From NCBI GenBank assembly GCA_044352635.1, contig JBILDL010000001.1, positions 1-30,182 of the forward strand: DNA of 30,182 nt, read 5' to 3'. The position numbers and the translations under genes were made by a program. Below the pieces are notes generated by a model that saw only the letters and a list, made by a program, of their open reading frames with translations, was not told the DNA's origin and made no database searches. This document shows, piece by piece, positions 29,469-30,182 of this stretch. Positions within the stretch are counted from its first letter, which is position 1; every line of letters starts with the position of its first letter. This stretch comes from Saprospiraceae bacterium (GTDB lineage Bacteria > Bacteroidota > Bacteroidia > Chitinophagales > Saprospiraceae).

Positions 29469-30182
29469 ATGAATTCGGAATTAAAGGTTTTTAAATTTGG
29501 TGGCGCTTCTCTAAAAGATACCGCTTCATTTTTAAATGTGGCAAATATTCTTAAAACTCAAGAACCTGATGTAGTCGTTCTCTCTGCCTCTGGAAAAATT
29601 ACGGATAAACTTGAATCCTTAATTCAGGCATACCATAAAAAATCAATAGAGCAACAAGACATCTGGCATGATATTAAATCTTATCATATTGCTTTGGCTG
29701 CTTCTCTTTTAGATCAGACAGACGAAGTTTTTGATGTTATCAATGATTTATTTGTTGAAATAGATTGGGTCTTAGACGAAGAGCCTGGTGCAGATTTCAA
29801 TTACTGTTATGACCAGATTATTGGCATAGGTGAATTATTATCTACCAGAATTATGCATGCATTGTTACTTAAGTTAAATATGAAAGCTGTTTGGATAGAT
29901 GCGCGCGATATAATTACTACCGATGATAATTACAGAGAAGGTTGGGTGTTTTGGAACGAAACGGATGTGAAATGTAAAAAGGTTATTGAACCTCATATTG
30001 CTAACGGTTCTTTAGTTATTATACCTGGCTTTATTGGTTCTACCATAGATAATAATACTGTTTCATTAGGTAGAGAAGGCTCCGATTATTCAGCGGCTAT
30101 TCTGAGTCATTGTTTAAACGCTCATAGTTTGACTATCTGGAAAGATGTTGCAGGAGTATATAATGCCGATCCCAGGTTTTTT
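29469..30182 (+). CDS. lysC: Aspartate kinase (3' end runs off the right edge)
   Basis: Not in the ORF track. MNSELKVFKFGGASLKD, VVLSASGKITDKL, YDQIIGIGELLSTRI, WIDARDII, PGFIGST, SLGREGSDYSAA, IWKDVAGVYNADPRF. Confidence 0.93.
   Translation, partial: MNSELKVFKFGGASLKDTASFLNVANILKTQEPDVVVLSASGKITDKLESLIQAYHKKSIEQQDIWHDIKSYHIALAASLLDQTDEVFDVINDLFVEIDWVLDEEPGADFNYCYDQIIGIGELLSTRIMHALLLKLNMKAVWIDARDIITTDDNYREGWVFWNETDVKCKKVIEPHIANGSLVIIPGFIGSTIDNNTVSLGREGSDYSAAILSHCLNAHSLTIWKDVAGVYNADPRFF

Overview
Low-GC (roughly one third by eye), very densely packed chromosomal window from a Bacteroidota bacterium. Lineage evidence is TAnnTTTG-type promoter motifs, no obvious Shine-Dalgarno sites, lipobox and 'Q-rule' signal peptides, and DUF3467/DUF1573/PorE-like genes; a Saprospiraceae/Chitinophagales-like origin is a guess. 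It holds 26 CDS, two of them cut by the window edges (bshC at left, an aspartokinase at right) and absent from the ORF track. Content is mostly housekeeping: glpK, alkaline phosphatase, yggS, deoxynucleoside kinase, gatC, ABC ATPase, PduO, 7TM-HD phosphohydrolase, CocE/NonD hydrolase, purB, topA, FKBP, PolX-PHP, futalosine-pathway genes (MqnP-like, mqnD), MOSC protein, ald, YjjG-like HAD, RluA, HI0933 flavoprotein and an amidase. I saw no rRNA, tRNA, CRISPR array, transposase, integrase or phage gene, and no multi-gene novel system is evident. The best leads are single-protein architectures: (1) an exported or anchored amidase with a GatC-like segment fused ahead of its catalytic domain; (2) a PorE-like TPR/PD40/CRD protein with tandem SPOR domains in place of the OmpA domain; (3) a PolX lacking the canonical polymerase aspartates but with an intact PHP domain; (4) a PgpH-like 7TM-HD protein without the extracellular domain; (5) a stand-alone Pta N-terminal (P-loop + degenerate DRTGG) gene in a probable operon with purB. 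All calls come from motif recognition by eye; no searches were run.
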